Of a stretch of 38,083 nt of DNA, positions 22,842-33,265 are shown one piece after another (within the stretch, counting starts at the first letter, position 1; the number at the start of each line of letters is the position of its first letter). The notes below the pieces were generated by a model. It had not been told where the DNA came from and did not search any database. It saw only the letters and a program-made list of their open reading frames with translations. Source of the DNA: Chiloscyllium plagiosum. Its lineage: Eukaryota. Position numbers and translations under genes: made by a program. The stretch spans positions 1 through 38,083 of the forward strand of contig NW_025215115.1 in assembly GCF_004010195.1 (NCBI RefSeq), written 5' to 3'.

Positions 22842-22959
22842 GGTGCTGTTGTCCTTGTGTCCCTCCAGGTTGGATGATGAACTGGAGCCTGAAGTGCCCA
22901 CACACACAGAACCCCCTGATGGTGTCTCCTGGAGGAATGTTATTGCAGCAGCAGCAGCA

Positions 22960-23262
22960 ACAACTTCCGCATTCAGACAATAGACACGCTCTGATTGGCT
23001 GGAGGACCAGTGCGCTTCCGGTCCTCCAGCGCTGTCTATTGGACAGTCCACATGCCGAGCTGTCGGGAGCCAGCCAATAGGAGCCGCGGCTGTTCCGGAC
23101 AAAGGGCCTCGCGCTGCCCCCGTGCTGAGGGAGCTGGAGGAGGGGAGGGCACTTTGCAACAAATCCCTTCCCTTCATTTTCCTCCAAGGCATGTGTTCAC
23201 ACAAAGCCCAGGGTTTCACTGTAACCTCACACTCACTGAAACTTCCTCATCTGTGAGCACAC
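22960..23262. promoter_or_regulatory. Array promoter module A (probably bidirectional)
   Basis: 21-nt identity acttccgcattcagacaatag (22963-22983) with 7773-7793; ETS-like cores, three CCAAT/ATTGG boxes, 11-bp inverted repeat 22998-23008/23020-23030; plus-strand donor catct|gtgagc at 23253. Confidence 0.75.
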
Positions 23263-23749
23263 AGTTAAAAATCACAGTAGAAGCTCATAGTAGAAGCTCA
23301 TAGTGTCATACACTGATGAGAAATATTGAACAAACCTAGATTGCTGTTAAATCTTTCATGTTTTAGAACAGGTTGCAGGTTTTGATTCAGTAATATTTAA
23401 ATTCCAGAATTTCTTTCAAGTCACATTACCACACAATCACACTCTTTCTCTCTCTCTCTTTCTCCTTATGTGCGCACACAAACACACATAAGTCCGTGGG
23501 ATGAATTTGCATTTGCAGAATTGTATTTGCAGTATTGGAATTTAGCCGCCAGCCCATCAACAGAAATGGAAGGGAATTGAGAAGTCAGTGATGGACCAGT
23601 GACAGCAGGCCAGAAAACCGAAGCAAAACTGATTAACCTTTCAAGAGCAGGAAGCAGCAACCAAGACAGATCCCTGGAATGAGTGAGATGAATTTCCAAG
23701 AAGGATTGCACAGGCCATTTGAATGAAAGGACCTAATGGGTTCTTTAAG

Positions 23750-24262
23750 GTGTGATCAAAATGAATACAAGCAGATATATGCACTCCAGTACAAAGCACA
23801 TTTATTCACTGAATCTACTTTAGGTACATGGAAACTAATGAGGGACTCTATTAGTTTAAAAGATGTTCGATACAGTCAACAAGTGAGTCTCACTGCCTTG
23901 TCGTCACATCAGGGTGTCCTGGGTGACGGCTGTCACTTAGAGCTCTATTTCCGTTCTCACAAACTGGTCTCTCGAACCCGAGTCTGATAGTGAAAGTCTC
24001 TTGGGTTGGGAAATGTTCCCAATATTAATACTATTCTAACTCAGATATTATGTGCTGTACTGCAGTCCCGGAGTACCTTTCCCATTCATTCCTTTGTACA
24101 CAAACAGGTGGGTGTGTCTCTGTGCCTTTGCTCGACAGTCTGTCCCCAAGACCAGCCAAGGTCATTGCAGTTACCTTCCAACCAGAACGGCCTGTGTTTA
24201 CCCGAAGCCTGTTTTTCAAGTATTTCCCCTTCAATTACTTATTGCCATGCACAATTAACCCT
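23750..24262 (-). terminator. Conserved distal 3'-UTR / poly(A) block of unit B (AATAAA at 23806-23801)
   Basis: Block repeated at ~19950, 28020, 33630 and 36945; minus-strand AATAAA followed by GT/T-rich sequence. Confidence 0.6.
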
Positions 24263-24264
24263 TA

Positions 24265-25770
24265 ACAATCTGGATTGGAACTATTTTGCCCCCTCAGTCG
24301 ACACATGGACACAAGATTCGATCACATGGAATCCAAGGAGTGCTAGACAATGGGATACAAAATTGGCTTGATGGTAGGAGATAGAGGGTGGTGGGAAAGG
24401 ATATGTATTCAGACTGCAGGCCTGTGAGTCACCTGTGCCCGAAGTATCAGTTCAAGGTACACTGACTAGATTCCTGATGAAGGGCCTATGCCCAAAATGT
24501 CGATTCTCCTGCTCCTCGGATGCTGACTGACCAGCTGTGCTTTTCCAGCACCACTCACCTCAACATGATTACTTGTCATTTATATAAATGCATTGGATGC
24601 GATGATAATGGGAATGGTTAATATTCCCAAAATTGCTGAAATAGTTTAAGGTAAAGAAGGATATTTGATACTACTACAGGATCAGGATCAGTTGGATTGA
24701 GGAATGGCAAATAGAGGTTAATTTAGACAGATGCGAGGTGTTGCATTTCGCTAAGACAAACCAAGACGAGGCTTAAACCGGTCCTGAGTGTTGTCAAATC
24801 GAGAGACTAGGGGTGCAGGTAATTAGTTCCTTGAACGTGGTGTCATAGGTAGACAACGTGGTGAAGAAAGCGTTTGGTACGCTTACCCACATTGGTGACA
24901 GCACTGAGTATAAAAGTTGGCAAGTCACGTTAAGGCTGCAAATGACAATGGTAAGAGCATAGCTGCGTGCACTTCTGGTCACACTGTTAGAGGAAGGCTA
25001 TCATTAAACTGCAAATTGTGCAACAAAGGTTTAGAAGAATGCTATAGAGGATTTGACTTACAAGGACAGGCTGGACAAACTGGGACTTATTTCCATGGAG
25101 CATCAGAGGACAAGGGATGACCTTTGCTGAGGTCCACAAAATTATGACGGGCAGACATAAGGTGATTAGTGAAGACATTTTCCCCAGCGTAGGGGCAGTC
25201 CAAAATGATGACCATGGGTTTTCAGTGAGAGGGGAAAGACTTAAAAGGGACCCGAGGTCCAGCTTTTTCATGCAAAAGGGTGGTGCATGTATGGAACAAG
25301 CCGCCAGAGGAAATGGTGGAGGCAGCTACAATTACAACATTTAACAGCCATTTCCACAGGTACATGGATCGAAAGGTTTGGAGAGATACGGGCCCAAAAC
25401 TGGCAAATGGGACAACATCGGTTTACGCACCATTACTCATTTCCTCATCATCGGTAAGATATTTCAATTCCTACAGCACTTTACAAGAAGAGGTAGCATT
25501 AGGATAAGAGGTAGCAGATTTCAATCAGAGATGAGGGGAAATTACTTCCCTCAAAGAGTTTTTAATCTGAGAAATTCACTCCCCCAATAGTGCTGTGCAT
25601 GCCAGGATATTCAGTAAACCTAAGGTGATAGACAGATTGTAACAGGTTGAAGGGTTATAGAGAGGAGGCAGGAAAGGAGAGTTGAAGCTGGGATGTGATC
25701 AGCCTCAATGGTATTAAATAGTGGGGCAGGCTCGATGGGCTGAATGGTGTACTCCTGCTCCCCGATGTCA
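24265..25770 (+). mobile_element. Old CR1 LINE fragments shared by the duplicated units, with a Penelope-like insert at ~24468-24562
   Basis: Homologous degraded LINE at 28515-29855, 34120-35215 and 37440-38083. Confidence 0.8.
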
Positions 25771-25974
25771 TGGTCTCACTGGGTCAACTTTAGATCTACC
25801 TGCAGTGATAGGCAACCTCTGTTTCCTAACCAGGATAAAGTAAATGTTGTTCATCAGCTTCTGTGGATCATTTCAGAGGAAATGTGCACTCCCAGGCTGA
25901 GAGAGCATTAAACTCACTTCAATAAAACATCACACAAACCCTCCCACTTCACCCACCGTGCGAATGACCACGGT

Positions 25975-26619
25975 TCAGTCTTGGACGTGATTCTCAGCAG
26001 CAAGAATAGCAGAGTCCAATTGCTGTCTTCGTTGATGAACTCTCTGGTGTCTCCGCAATGTGCATGACTGGATAAATCCCCTCCCACACACAGAGCAAGT
26101 GAATGGCTTCTCCCCGGTGTGAATTCGCTGGTGTTTCAGCACAGATGATGAATCCCTGAATCCTTTCCCACACACGGTGCAGGGGAATGGTCTCTCGCCA
26201 GTGTGAATGCGCTGGTGGACCAAAAGTGGGGCCAACTGAGTGAATCCCTTCCCGCACTCAGAGCAGGTGAAAGGCCTCTCCCCAGTGTGTATCTGACGGT
26301 GTCTCCGCATACTGGACGGATCGCTGAATATGTCTCCACACTCAGAACAGGAGAATGGCCTCTCCCCAGTGTGAACCCGCTGGTGGATCCTTAGGCTGTA
26401 TGCTGAAACGCATCCTTTCCCGCACTCTGAGCAGGTATACGGCAACACCCCTGTGTGAACTCGCTTGTGTGTTTTAAGGCCGGATAAGTGAGTGAATCCC
26501 TTCCCACAGTCAGAGCAGGAGAACGGCCTCTCCCCGGTGTGAACACGCCGATGACGCTCCAGCTCAGATGGAAACCTGTACCGTTTCCCACAGTCCCCAC
26601 ACTGCCATGGCTTCTCCAC
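25975..26619 (-). CDS. C2H2 zinc-finger protein unit B, 7 fingers (214 aa from GTG 26619; start uncertain)
   Basis: Seven intact fingers; C-terminal extension because the paralog TGA is CGA here. Confidence 0.85.
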   Translation of the reverse strand: MEKPWQCGDCGKRYRFPSELERHRRVHTGERPFSCSDCGKGFTHLSGLKTHKRVHTGVLPYTCSECGKGCVSAYSLRIHQRVHTGERPFSCSECGDIFSDPSSMRRHRQIHTGERPFTCSECGKGFTQLAPLLVHQRIHTGERPFPCTVCGKGFRDSSSVLKHQRIHTGEKPFTCSVCGRGFIQSCTLRRHQRVHQRRQQLDSAILAAENHVQD

Positions 26620-26754
26620 GGTGCTGTTGTCCTTGTGTCCCTCCAGGTTGGATGATGAACTGGAGCCTGAAGTGCCCACACACACAGAACCCCCTGATGG
26701 TGTCTCCTGGAGGAATGTTATTGCAGCAGCAGCAGCAGCAGCAATTAACATCTC

Positions 26755-27095
26755 CAGAATCGGGTAACTTCCGTGTTCAGGCGCTAGGCGCGCTGATTGG
26801 ATGGAGGACTAAAGCGCTTCCGGTCCTCCAGCGCTGTCTATTGGCCAATCTGCATGCCGACCTGTCGGGAGTCAGCCAATAGGAGCCGCGGCTGTTCCGG
26901 ACAAAGGGCCTCGCGCTGCCCCCGTGCTGAGGGAGCTGGAGGAGGGGAGGGCACTTTGCAACAAATCCCTTCCCTTCATTTTCCTCCAAGGCATGTGTTC
27001 ACACAAAGCCCAGGGTTTCACTGTAACCTCACACTCACTGAAACTTCCTCATCTGGCCACAACACACACTGTTCCCGTTCTGAGGTTAAACTGTA
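26755..27095. promoter_or_regulatory. Array promoter module B
   Basis: Homologous to module A; palindrome with one mismatch (26802-26830); plus-strand donor lost (atctggccac). Confidence 0.7.
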
Positions 27096-27392
27096 GCTTC
27101 CCCTCCCCTCCCCAGGAATGCCTCCACAATTCCCTGTCCACCCGTGACAAATTCCATCTACAAGTTTGGAAGGGAATTTTCGTTCTAACAAAGCACTAAA
27201 TGCAACTCAATCACGACTCACGATTCATCCACACCTCTATTGCGGCCGAGTCGCAATGTGATACAAAGATTTCTACTGAATACATTCAATTTTATACACA
27301 AATTCAACGAAGACAGGCTGTGGAAATCCCATTGTTCTGGGAAGGGATAAGGGCAGAAGTGTGGGAGTTAGGCAGACATGGCTAAAGATTCT

Positions 27393-27601
27393 TTGAGGAG
27401 AAAGTGAGGACTGCAGATGCTGGAGATCAGAGCTGAAAATGTGTTGCTGGAAAAGCGCAGTAGGTCAGGCAATATCCAGGGAACAGGAGAATCGACGTTT
27501 CAGGCATAAGCCCTTCTTCAGGCTTGTGCCCGAAACGTCGATTCTCCTGTTCCCTGGATGCTGCCTGACCTACTGCGCTTTTCCAGCAACACATTTTCAG
27601 C
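27393..27601. mobile_element. Penelope-like inverted terminal-repeat insertion with a 16-bp TSD
   Basis: TSD catggctaaagattct at 27377-27392 and 27602-27617; ~80-bp inverted arms 27432-27512/27521-27601. Confidence 0.85.
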
Positions 27602-27644
27602 CATGGCTAAAGATTCTGTCAAACACAACAAAGGGGGAAATGCA

Positions 27645-27920
27645 TGGATGAGGAAACCAGTCATTTCGGAGTTGGTATGGTAAAAAGTGGGAGAGACGGT
27701 GACACTGGGAGAATGCAATGAAGTCTCTACATGAAGCAGGGGGTGAGCATGTACAGTCCAGGTAACTGTGGGTGTCTACGGATCTGTAGCAGAATTTGGC
27801 AGCCAGCCCATCATCAAATCTGGCAGGGAATTGAGAAGTCAGTGATGGACCAGGTGATAGTGACAGCTGGACAGAAATCTGAAGCAAAACTGATTAAATT
27901 TTCAAATTTCTGAAGCAGAG
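27645..27920 (-). mobile_element. Penelope-like RT relic shared between units (also ~23540-23720 and ~33270-33590)
   Basis: ORF 27597..27887(-) YRSVDTHSYLDCTCSPPASCRDFIAFSQ resembles the PLE RT motif YxKPTDSHSYLDYTSSHP. Confidence 0.7.
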
Positions 27921-28009
27921 CAGGAAGCAGCAACCAAGACAGATCCCTGGAATTTCCAGGAAGAATTGCATAGACCATTGGCGGTGTTCAGATGAAAGGA
28001 ACTAATGGG

Positions 28010-28515
28010 TTCTTTAAGGTGTGATCAAAATGAATACAAGCAGATATATGCACTCCAATACAAAGCACATTTATTCACTGAATCTACTTTAGGTACATGC
28101 AAACTAATGAGCAACTATTACCTCAAAAGACTTTTGATACAGTCAACAAGTGAGTCTCACTGCCTCGTCTTCACATCAAGGTCTCCTCGGTGACAGCTAC
28201 GATCTGTCTCTCAAACCATTCCCACGATCTGGTCTCTCAAACCCCAGTCTGATGGTGAAAGTCTTTCAAGCTGGGAGATGTCCCCAGTGTTAGCACTATT
28301 CTGAATCAGATATTACATTCTCTGAGTACTTTATCCACTCATTACTTTCTGCACAAACAGGTCCAGGTATCTCTGTGCCTTTGCACGACAGCCTGTTCCC
28401 AAGGCCTGCCAAGGTCATTGCAGTTACCTTCCAACCAGAACGGCCTGTGTTTACCCGAAGCCTGTTTTTCGGGTATTTCCCCTTCAATTGCTTATAGCCA
28501 TACACAATTAACCCT
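28010..28515 (-). terminator. Conserved distal 3'-UTR / poly(A) block of unit C (AATAAA at 28075-28070)
   Basis: Paralog of 23750-24262. Confidence 0.6.
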
Positions 28516-29855
28516 TAACAATCTGGATTGGAGGTATTTTGCTCCCTCAGTCGACACATTGACACAAGATTTGATCACATGGAATCCAAGGAGAGCTAGA
28601 CAATGGAATACAAAATTGGCTTGATGGTAGGAGATAGAGGGTGGTGGGAGAGGATACGTATTCAGACTACAGACCTGTGAGTCATGCTGTGCCAAAATTC
28701 ATTCGAGGTACACTATTATTTATCATTTCTATAAATGCTTTGGATGAGATGATAGCAGGAATGATTATTAGATTTCCGGATGATACCAAAATCGCTGATA
28801 TAATTTAAGCTAAAGAAGGCTATTTGAGAGTACACAGTATCTTGATCAGCTGGGCCAAGGAATGGCAAATGGAGTTTAATTTGGATAAATGTAGGGTGTT
28901 GCATTTTGCTAAGGCAGCTCTTAAACAGATAGGGAGTGTTGTCAAACAGAGAGACTAGGGGTGCAGGTACGTAGTTGCTTGAAAGTGACATCACAGGTAG
29001 ACAAGGTGGTGAAAATAATGTTTGGTACACTTGACCTCATTGGTGAGAGCGTTGCATGTAAGACTTGGCATGTCATGTTAAGGCTGCACAAGACAATGGT
29101 GAGGCCACAGTTGGAGCACTGCATGCAATTCTGGTCACACCGTTAGAGGAAGGCTATCATTAATCTGCAAATTGTGCAAGAAAGGTTTACAAGGATGTTA
29201 CTGAGGCTGGAGGGTTTGACTTATAAGGACAGGTTGGACAGACTGGGACTTATTTCCCTTGGGCATCAGAGGCCAAGGGGTGAGCTAGTACAGGATCATA
29301 AAATTATTACAGGGGAAACATAAAGGTGAATAGCAAAGGTCTTTTCCCCAGGGTAGGGACAGTCCAAAACAAGAGGCCATAGGTTTAAGGTGAGAGGGGA
29401 ACGATTTAAAAGGGAACTGAGGGGCAGCTTTTAAAGCAAAGAGTGGTGCGTATATGGAACAAGCTGGCAGAAAAAGTGGTGGAGGCGGCTACAATTACAA
29501 CATGGATTAGAAGGTACAGGGATTAGAAGGTTTAGGCGGACATGGGCCAAATACTGGCAAATAGGACAACATCAGTCTACGCATCACCTTTACTCATTTC
29601 CTCATTATAGGAAAGATATTTCAATTCCTACGACAACTTAGAAAAAGAGGACGAGGGATAGCAGATTTCAAACGGAGATGTAGGGAAATTACTTCCCTCA
29701 ATGCAGCATTAACCTGTGAAATTCACTCCCCAGAGTGCTGTGGATGACAGGACATGGAGAAAACATAAGGAAGTGATAGATAGATTTTTAATCAGGAACA
29801 GGTTGAAGGGTTATGGAGAATAGGCAAGAAAGTTGAATTGAAGCCAAGATGCGAT
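28515..29855 (+). mobile_element. Old CR1 LINE (unit-shared copy)
   Basis: LHKTMVRPQLEHCMQFWS at 28961..29146. Confidence 0.82.
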
Positions 29856-29865
29856 CACAGAGTCA

Positions 29866-30210
29866 TAGAATCCCTACAGTGTGGAAACAGGACCCTCAGC
29901 CAACAAGTCCACACCAACCCTATGATGAGTAACCCACCCAGACCCATTCCTCAACCCTATTACTCTACATTTACCCCTGACTAATGCACCTAGCCTACAC
30001 ATCTTTGCACACTATGGACAATTTAGGAAGGCCAATTCACTTAACTTGCACATCTTTGGATTGGGAGAAAACCGAAACACCCAGAGGAAACCCACGCAGA
30101 CACGGGGAGAATGTGCAAATTCCACACAGACATGCACCCAAGGCTGGAATCAAACCTGGGTCCCTGGCACTCTGAGGCAGCAGTGCTAACCGCTGACCCA
30201 CCAAGCCACC
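29866..30210 (-). mobile_element. HE1-like V-SINE specific to unit C
   Basis: Reverse-complement SINE; absent at the equivalent LINE-tail site in units B (~25700) and D (~35140). Confidence 0.85.
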
Positions 30211-31154
30211 AGTGCAACCTCGATGGTATTAAATGGTGGAGCAGGCTCCTGCTCCCCGATGTCATGTTCTAAATGTGTTGACTTTAGATCTACCTGCAGT
30301 GGGAGGCAACCTCTGTTTCCTAACCAGGAGAAAATAAATGTTGTTCATCAGCTTCTGTGGATCATTTCTGAGGAAATCTGCACTCCCAGGCTGAGAGAGC
30401 ATCAGCCCCTCTGACCCTCCCACTTCACCCACTGTCCGAATGAACATGGTTCAGTCCTGGATGTGATTCTCAGCAGCAAGGACAGCAAAATCCAATTGCA
30501 GCCTTCACTGATGAACTCTCTGGTGTCTCCACATTGTGCACGACTGGTTAAATGTCCTCCCACACATATAACAAGTGAATGGCTTCTCCCCGGTGTGAAT
30601 TCGCTGGTGTTTGCATAGCACCCAGAGGAAACCCACGCAGACACGGGGAGAATGTGCAAATTCCACACAGACATGCACCCAAGGCTGGAATCAAACCTGG
30701 GTCCCTGGCACTCTGAGGCAGCAGTGCTAACCGCTGACCCACCAAGCCACCAGTGCAACCTCGATGGTATTAAATGGTGGAGCAGGCTCCTGCTCCCCGA
30801 TGTCATGTTCTAAATGTGTTGACTTTAGATCTACCTGCAGTGGGAGGCAACCTCTGTTTCCTAACCAGGAGAAAATAAATGTTGTTCATCAGCTTCTGTG
30901 GATCATTTCTGAGGAAATCTGCACTCCCAGGCTGAGAGAGCATCAGCCCCTCTGACCCTCCCACTTCACCCACTGTCCGAATGAACATGGTTCAGTCCTG
31001 GATGTGATTCTCAGCAGCAAGGACAGCAAAATCCAATTGCAGCCTTCACTGATGAACTCTCTGGTGTCTCCACATTGTGCACGACTGGTTAAATGTCCTC
31101 CCACACATATAACAAGTGAATGGCTTCTCCCCGGTGTGAATTCGCTGGTGTTTG
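30078..31154. repeat. 541-bp-period tandem duplication (30078-30613 = 30619-31154)
   Basis: Identical ORFs at offset 541 (30223/30764, 30262/30803); copies the SINE head, 3' UTR and last finger of unit C. Confidence 0.95.
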
Positions 31155-31384
31155 AGCACAGCAGATGAATCCCTGAATCCTTTCCCACACACGGTGCAGG
31201 GGAATGGTCGCTCCCCGGTGTGAATGCGCTGGTGGACAAACAGTGGGGCCAACTGAGTGAATCCCTCCCCGCAGTCAGAGCAGGTGAACGGCCTCTCCCC
31301 AGTGTGGACACGTCGATGACGCTTCAGCCCATATGGATACCTGTACCGTTTCCCACAGTCCCCACACTGCCATGGCTTCTCCAC
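31046..31384 (-). CDS. C2H2 zinc-finger protein unit C, 4 fingers (112 aa from GTG 31384; start uncertain)
   Basis: Four intact fingers, equal to the first finger plus the terminal three of the paralogs. Confidence 0.8.
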   Translation of the reverse strand: MEKPWQCGDCGKRYRYPYGLKRHRRVHTGERPFTCSDCGEGFTQLAPLFVHQRIHTGERPFPCTVCGKGFRDSSAVLKHQRIHTGEKPFTCYMCGRTFNQSCTMWRHQRVHQ

Positions 31385-31499
31385 GGTGCTGTTGTCCTTG
31401 TGTCCCTCCAGGTTGGATGATGAACTGGAGCCTGAAGTGCCCACACACACAGAACCCCCTGATGGTGTCTCCTGGAGGAATGTTATTGCAGCAGCAGCA

Positions 31500-31835
31500 A
31501 TAACTTCCGCATTCACACAATAAGGGGCTCTGATTGGCTGGAGGACCATGTGCTTCCGGTCCTCCAGCGCTTTCTATTGGACAGTCCACATGTGACTTGT
31601 CGGGAGCCAGCCAATAGGAGCCGCGGCTGTTCCGGACAAAGGGCCTCGCGCTGCCCCCGTGCTGAGGGAGCTGGAGGAGGGGAGGGCACTTTGCAACAAA
31701 TCCCTTCCCTTCATTTTCCTCCAAGGCATGTGTTCACACAAAGCCCAGGGTTTCACTGTAACCTCACACTCACTGAAACTTCCTCATCTGTGAGCACAAC
31801 ACTCTCTGTTCCCGTTCTGGGGTTAAACTGTTGCT
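31500..31835. promoter_or_regulatory. Array promoter module C
   Basis: Inverted repeat 31537-31547/31558-31568 with a 10-nt spacer; CCAAT boxes; plus-strand donor at 31790. Confidence 0.72.
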
Positions 31836-31949
31836 CTAACCCCTGCCCAACAATGCCACCTCAACTCCCTGCTGTACTCTCTGCCCACCCTTGACAAATT
31901 CCACAAGAACACCATCTACAAGTTTGGAAGAGAAGTTTGGCTCTACCAT

Positions 31950-32240
31950 GTGCAGTGGCTCAGTGGTTACAGCGCTAGGAAGCCAGGTTCAATTCCTCCT
32001 CGGGTGACCGTCTGTGTGGAGTTAGCACACAACTGGTGCTCCAGTTTCCTCCCACAATCCAAAGATGTACAGGCTAGGTGAACTGGCCAGGCGAAATTGC
32101 CCATAGCCTTCATGGATATGTAGATTAGGTGCATTCGTCAGGGGTAAATATAGGGTAGGGTAGAGTAGAGGAATGGGTCTGGGTGGGTTACTCTTTGGTG
32201 TGGACTTGTTAGGCGGGAAGGCCTGCCTGTTTCCACACTG
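31950..32240 (+). mobile_element. HE1-like V-SINE (internally deleted)
   Basis: Head gtggctcagtggtt, partial core, tail. Confidence 0.8.
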
Positions 32241-32242
32241 TT

Positions 32243-32390
32243 CTGGATTACTGGTGCTGGAAGAGCACAGCAGTTCAGGCAGCATCTGAGGAGCAGTAAA
32301 CTCGATGTTTCGGGCAAAAGCCCTTCATCAGGAATACAGGCAGAGTGCCTGAAGGGTGGAGAGATAAAGGAGAGGAGGGTGGGGAGGGTC
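32243..32390 (-). mobile_element. Penelope-like terminal-repeat fragment
   Basis: Same family as 445-512; contains a hammerhead core. Confidence 0.7.
32300..32336 (-). ncRNA. Minimal type I hammerhead ribozyme motif (probably impaired)
   Basis: auuc-CUGAUGA-a-GGGC-uuuu-GCCC-GAAA-c-AUC-gagu: core, helix II and a 4-bp helix I are present; helix III has a C/A mismatch. Confidence 0.65.
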
Positions 32391-32392
32391 AC

Positions 32393-32990
32393 CTAACTAA
32401 TGCTTGCCTTCAAAGTGAAGTTCCTGAAATCTTCAGTCACAAATTGTGCTCCATTGCCTGAAATTATATCTTCTGGGAAACAATGCACCACAAAGATTTT
32501 CTCAGTGCCCTGATTACTGAGTCTGCTGCTGCTGAATGAAGCCTTAGACACTTCAATTCCATCTAGAATAAGATTGTACATGACTAAATGCATTTTTCCT
32601 TTTAAAATCAAAAAATTCCATTGCTCACCTTTTCTGTGACCTTTCAGGAAATCTTGTTGAATTCATTAGCTCTGTCAGCATCAAATATTTCTCTTTGCAT
32701 CATCTTCAATTTCGCCAGTCTATGATTGCCAGCCAATAAATGTTACACTATTTTCAAGTGTTGTTTCTGTTCATGGCACATTTCCAGCAGTTAGACTATT
32801 TATAAAAAGGTGGAAAGTTGAGTTAAAGCTGTGAATATAATTCAACAAGACTTGTAGACAGAGTTATCGGATCTTTGCTTACTCCTTTTCAGATTTTAAC
32901 GCTGCACAAATATGCTTCAATTTTCCCTCAGTAGCCAATAAAGAGTTGTCTATTGAACAGAAGGGGAAATGCAAGGCTGAGGGCACCTGT
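32393..32990 (-). mobile_element. Degenerate LTR-retrotransposon (Gypsy-like) pol/integrase fragment
   Basis: ORF 32393..32611(-) HCFPEDIISGNGAQFVTEDFRNF resembles the integrase core PxxIVSDNGxQF. Confidence 0.55.
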
Positions 32991-33019
32991 CTTTTCAGAG
33001 GTGTTCTGGTGAAAAGTCA

Positions 33020-33265
33020 TGATTTGGAGTAACCAGTGTTGGACAGGGTAAACAAAGTTAAAAATCACACAACACCAAATTATAATTCAACAGGTTTATT
33101 TGGAAGCACTAGCTTTCGGAGTGCTGCTTCTTCAGCGGGTGATTCCTGAAGAAGGGCTTATGCCCGAAACGCGATTCTCCTGCTCCTTGGATGCTGCCTG
33201 ACCTGCTGCGCTTTTCCAGCAACACATTTTTCAGCTATAACCTGGTGTGTTATTTTTAACCTGGT
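33020..33265. mobile_element. Chimeric Penelope-like terminal-repeat fragments of two families, back to back
   Basis: Minus-strand family (33020-33140) followed by plus-strand CTGAAGA-agggcttatgccc-GAAAC (33146-33170). Confidence 0.65.

Noticed and set aside
22842..23219. Long N-terminus [10 protein letters not shown]... predicted for units A and D
   Set aside because: It runs through CCAAT/ETS promoter motifs, the first codon is GTG, and the frame is broken in B and C; not fully excluded without start-site data
24263..25942. Precise 3'-UTR intron loss in unit A (retrocopy signature)
   Set aside because: No placement of the junction gives both GT and AG; microhomology explains it better
31547..31549. 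In-frame ATG for unit C (MVLQPI...)
   Set aside because: Private to C, arising with the shortened palindrome spacer, and located inside the promoter core
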